Below are positions 60,373 through 64,000 of a stretch of 64,000 nucleotides of DNA, piece after piece. Position numbers and translations under genes: made by a program. Location: the NCBI GenBank assembly GCA_046563655.1, contig CM102287.1, positions 7,502,001-7,566,000 on the forward strand. The letters are read 5' to 3'. The notes beneath the pieces are model-generated. The model was not told the DNA's origin, did not search any database, and saw only the letters and a list, made by a program, of their open reading frames with translations. Numbering within the stretch: position 1 is the stretch's first letter; each line of letters begins with the position of its first letter. This DNA is from Yuukianura sp. NJ FZ-2021. Its lineage: Eukaryota.

Positions 60373-63300
60373 TTAACTCTTTCCGCGTGGCTTGATACTT
60401 TCCGACATTTGCCAAAGGTCATCATCATTTAGAGACTCATCAAAGTTATTCAGGAACGAGAGCAAAGAGTCATTTCGCAAGAACCCGTAGTGACTACAAA
60501 AAGTAAAAAATAGTTCAGTTCCATCATCACTTTCCAAATTAATGAAGCTCGGGTATCCTTACCATGCGTGGAATCGACGTATTGGTTCCAGAACCAGCCA
60601 TTGCTGCCATCGTTTTAGCCAGTTGACCTTCCCGTCTGCCAAAGAGTCGGCGTTTCCAATGTGAACAAAGGTCAAGTCCTGAAGTACGAGTCCACTGAAA
60701 CGACAATTTCGTAAAAATAATGATGTATCAAATGAGGCATTATCCCTTCATTGGGATTTCGTTGTATTATTTAGCAAATTTTGAAAAAAGTGATTAGTAT
60801 TTACATGTATGGAATGCACGGCGGCTTGCTTTCCGACAGTGCCTGACGATACGTACGAAAAGAGCCTGACGAATCAGTCAATGCTGCATGGGGTTTGAGA
60901 GCCTCAGTTAGACGGCGCGAAAAGCCAAGTCTCCGAATGGGTGCGGAGTCGAGAGCTGCTAACACTGCCAGTAGGGAATTGAAATTGCTGTACTCCCTGA
61001 AATTGAATAAAACTAGAATTATGACAATCGAACCAAAAGTTGCATTTCAACTAAACTTCTCAAAATTCAATACAAGGTGCTTTGAAAAAAAAAATTATGG
61101 CAAAGGATTTCCCGAGGAAGTTACATTTTAGGAAGTTCTTTGGCCTAGCCCTCACTTTTACAAAAAGTAATACGTTAGAAACTTAGAAGGTGTAGAAGTG
61201 TTATGAAAAAACAAGATTTTGGAAAATTTTGATTTTACATGACTGAGGAAGTAACATTTTAAGTTTTCAGCGTAACCCTCACTTTTTAAAAAAATAGCAA
61301 TACATGCTTGTGATGCAACACAGAAAAAGTCTTTACCTTAACTTCCGCATTACTTCAATCATCTTCTTCATTGTACGATTTCTCTCTCTCGCTGTCGGAC
61401 ACAAAAGCACCTTTGATCTTGCCCTAAAAACAAATTAATGCATAGGTAAAGGACGTACAAACATCGATTCTGATGAAATATGACAATTACCAATAGGAAA
61501 CTTTGTTGAAGTGATCAGTAAAATTGTTGAGGGCGGGACAAAAGTCTTCTTGTTGCTCTCTGGCCCACAGCAGAAGTTCGGCGGGCTCCAGTTGCCGAAA
61601 GAGTTCAGCGTCAAGTAGGGTCATTTGTTGCGCAATACTAGCTGCACTCCACCGCAAAAGAGGTTGTGGCCTGGACAGGAGAAAACTGGGAACTATAATG
61701 CCGTAGCAGCTAAAAGCAGGCAAAATTGTTGCAAAAGTTGTAAAAGGAAACAAACTTACTCAGTCGTTACTGCGAGTGTAGCAGGAACTGGCTTCGGACC
61801 AAGTAATTTTATTCTTGCTTCGTACTTATCCAGTAGACCTTTCCTGGATTTGAGAGCACTGTGAATCTCTCCTCCATTTACAAGGTGATAAATACAATTT
61901 CGAACTTTGGTGATCATGTCTTCCTCCAAGTCCATCGGGCTACAAATTACAACAAAAGTTAACATGATTCATTCGAAATTGAGTGGTTACATCTTCAATG
62001 ATCCTGATCAGTCTTACGTGAGAGAACAAATAACATCAACAAATAGCTCCAGCGTAGCTCTTCTGTGAATCATTGAGATCCGATCGGCTTTCTTTTCGAA
62101 GTATTCAAAACGCTTCCAAAGAAGCGTAACCAGATCCAAGGGACGAACAAATGTTCGGTAAGTAAGTAGGAAAACTTCCCAGAATTTCAAATCCGTGAGA
62201 TCAGGACTTGCAGCATACACCTATAAGATATAACAGACGTTTAATTTAAAACTAAAACTAATCTTCAAATGTATAGTTTTAAGGTTACTAACCATGAGAA
62301 TGTGAGGGTCACCTCCCTTGACCTCTGGCCCATCAGTTCCGCCTTTCCCAGGAGTTTGACTATCATTATGCACCAGTCGGCTCGATACGTCGAGCAGGTA
62401 CAGATCCGGATTGTCATCATCTATGACTCTAGGACTCTCCAAAGTTTCAACTGCGCCAGAAGTAATTCCCAGCGCTGGTAAACTATGCGTTGGACTAGAC
62501 ACAACTTTAGTTGGACTCCTGGATGTATTGGGAAAAGAGGTCTCAGAACTTAGAATTTCGTCGTGCTCGCTTTTTGAGGCCTTCAACATCGCTGACTTCT
62601 TGGGTGGAAGAGCAGGAGGAGCCTGAGACAACGCTTGGACAAGACTGGAACTGGAGTTGGTTCCACTACCACTGTTGGGACCACCGGTGCTGTCGAATGA
62701 AGATGTTGGATTGTTGGGAATTGGTCGATACTGGTTAGAGACTTCGGGGAGGTCACCACGAAGAAGATCCTCGTCGGAACTTGTGGTCGGAGCAACATAA
62801 GTTGCTGTTGAAGAAAATGAGGAAAAGTGTTGATATGAAGTTGCTGTGGAGTTGGAATAGGAGGCTCTAGAGTTCATGTTCTGAGAGGCCGGAGTAACCC
62901 CGGGAATCCCGGGCAGCTGAGGATTGTATAAAGTGACGGTGGAAGCTCCTGGTGGAGGATAATGGCGATTCTTGGAAATTAATTGATTATGATATGCGGA
63001 GGCGACATGGTTAGTAATTGCTTGATGATTGATAAAATGCTGATGATGCGCAGAAGAAGAATCAAAGTTATGAAGCAGCTCGACGTAGGCAGTTACTGAA
63101 AAACAAAAGTCAAAATTAGCAAGTTCTCTAAGGATTTTTTAGCATTGTTATTTGAAATATTACTGCTGTGCTTTTTCTTAGGTGGCAGCGGTGGTCGATC
63201 TTCGGGGTAGTCAGTTCCATTTCCAGCGCCAAACCCAACCAACGTGGACCTGGACTCAGAGTAGCTCATGAATTGTCGTTGCTGCTGAAAAGTTCCTGCA

Positions 63301-64000
63301 CGAGACTGGATCTCTCCATGCCAAGTTGCGAGTTCAGATCTGATGTCATCTACATTGTCATAAGGACTTGGACACCTTCCATTTGTAGAAGTTTCACTCG
63401 GCCCTAGTACAAATTGCCGCATTTTCTTCGGTAGCTCCGGTGGAACATCGTCTTTTTCAGTTGTAAAAACGTCTCCATCAGGATCTTGGTCAGGGTCATA
63501 GCTGCTCAAACTGGCTAAACCTTGTCCGGACTTTCCTGCTGGGGAATGCGGACTGGTACTTTGATTGTTCGTGGAGGAAGTTGAAACGCGATGGCCAGAA
63601 TTTGGACTCAATCCTGAATGTTGGCTATGGGAGTCCACCAAAAGAAGATTGTCAAGAGAACTGCCAAGACTAAGAGACTGTGAACAGTGACTATGACTAG
63701 TCGTAGTCTGGGACACCAAATCGTCTTCACATCCTGGAACCATGATTCTGTCCAAAGATTCAACGGAATCACCGCGACCAGATCCACCATAAAACGAGTC
63801 CGACATTGTCCGCAGTTTCCGAATTCGGTCATTGTGGAATCCAATGTCGTCCAAAAGCTGATTCGGTGTTCCTCCCGTGGAACCTTTCGAAGAACGTGAC
63901 AAGTAGACGGCCGAATCAGTCCATTTTTCTCCAGCACATTCTTCTTTTTTATGGAGCTGCCCACTTTGTGTCAGAAACTGAGGTTGACTGGAATAGCGCT
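60373..64000 (-). CDS. RAPGEF1: Rap guanine nucleotide exchange factor C3G/RAPGEF1, 3' part (5' end beyond the window)
   Basis: Crk-SH3 motifs PPELPKK, PPLPPKKK, PPALPPKK; SPYDNV; REM EVFLLTYRTF; CDC25 domain IAQQMTLLDAELF, FTDHFNKVSYW, NFNSLLAV, PCIPYIGLVLQDLTFVHIGN; ends SESIKPRGKS*. Confidence 0.93.

Noticed and set aside
61114..61305. Two ~58-bp imperfect direct repeats in a C3G intron
   Set aside because: Real but ordinary; no convincing TIRs or TSD.

Overview
Eukaryotic, AT-rich, intron-rich DNA with many short introns. The gene content (RR cuticle protein, Tweedle/DUF243, ABCH transporter, gustatory-receptor-like 7TMs) indicates an arthropod; a basal hexapod such as a springtail is plausible but is inference. 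I reconstructed about 19 spliced genes by eye: alpha/beta hydrolase, RR-2 cuticle protein, compact GLIS-type zinc finger, SLC46-like MFS, UGT, two GR-like chemoreceptors, ABCH, SLC5 symporter, a microbial-type Baeyer-Villiger monooxygenase with six introns, a secreted Cys-rich/WAP-like protein, CCDC174, a Ly6/three-finger gene nested antisense in a 14.3-kb CCDC174 intron, two Tctex-1 paralogs flanking SDHAF2, a Tweedle protein, a 112-aa orphan and the 3' part of C3G/RAPGEF1. At 30.5-34.9 kb is a nested TE complex: a 5'-truncated PIF/Harbinger with an intact Myb/SANT gene abutting a 98-unit 11-bp satellite carried by a dispersed element. Several intronic hAT-like MITEs have 8-bp TSDs. Most notable: the probably horizontally acquired BVMO whose catalytic Arg appears replaced by Val, the satellite/TE nest, and the nested Ly6 gene. 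No CRISPR, rRNA or intact tRNA was found. Exon boundaries are manual predictions.
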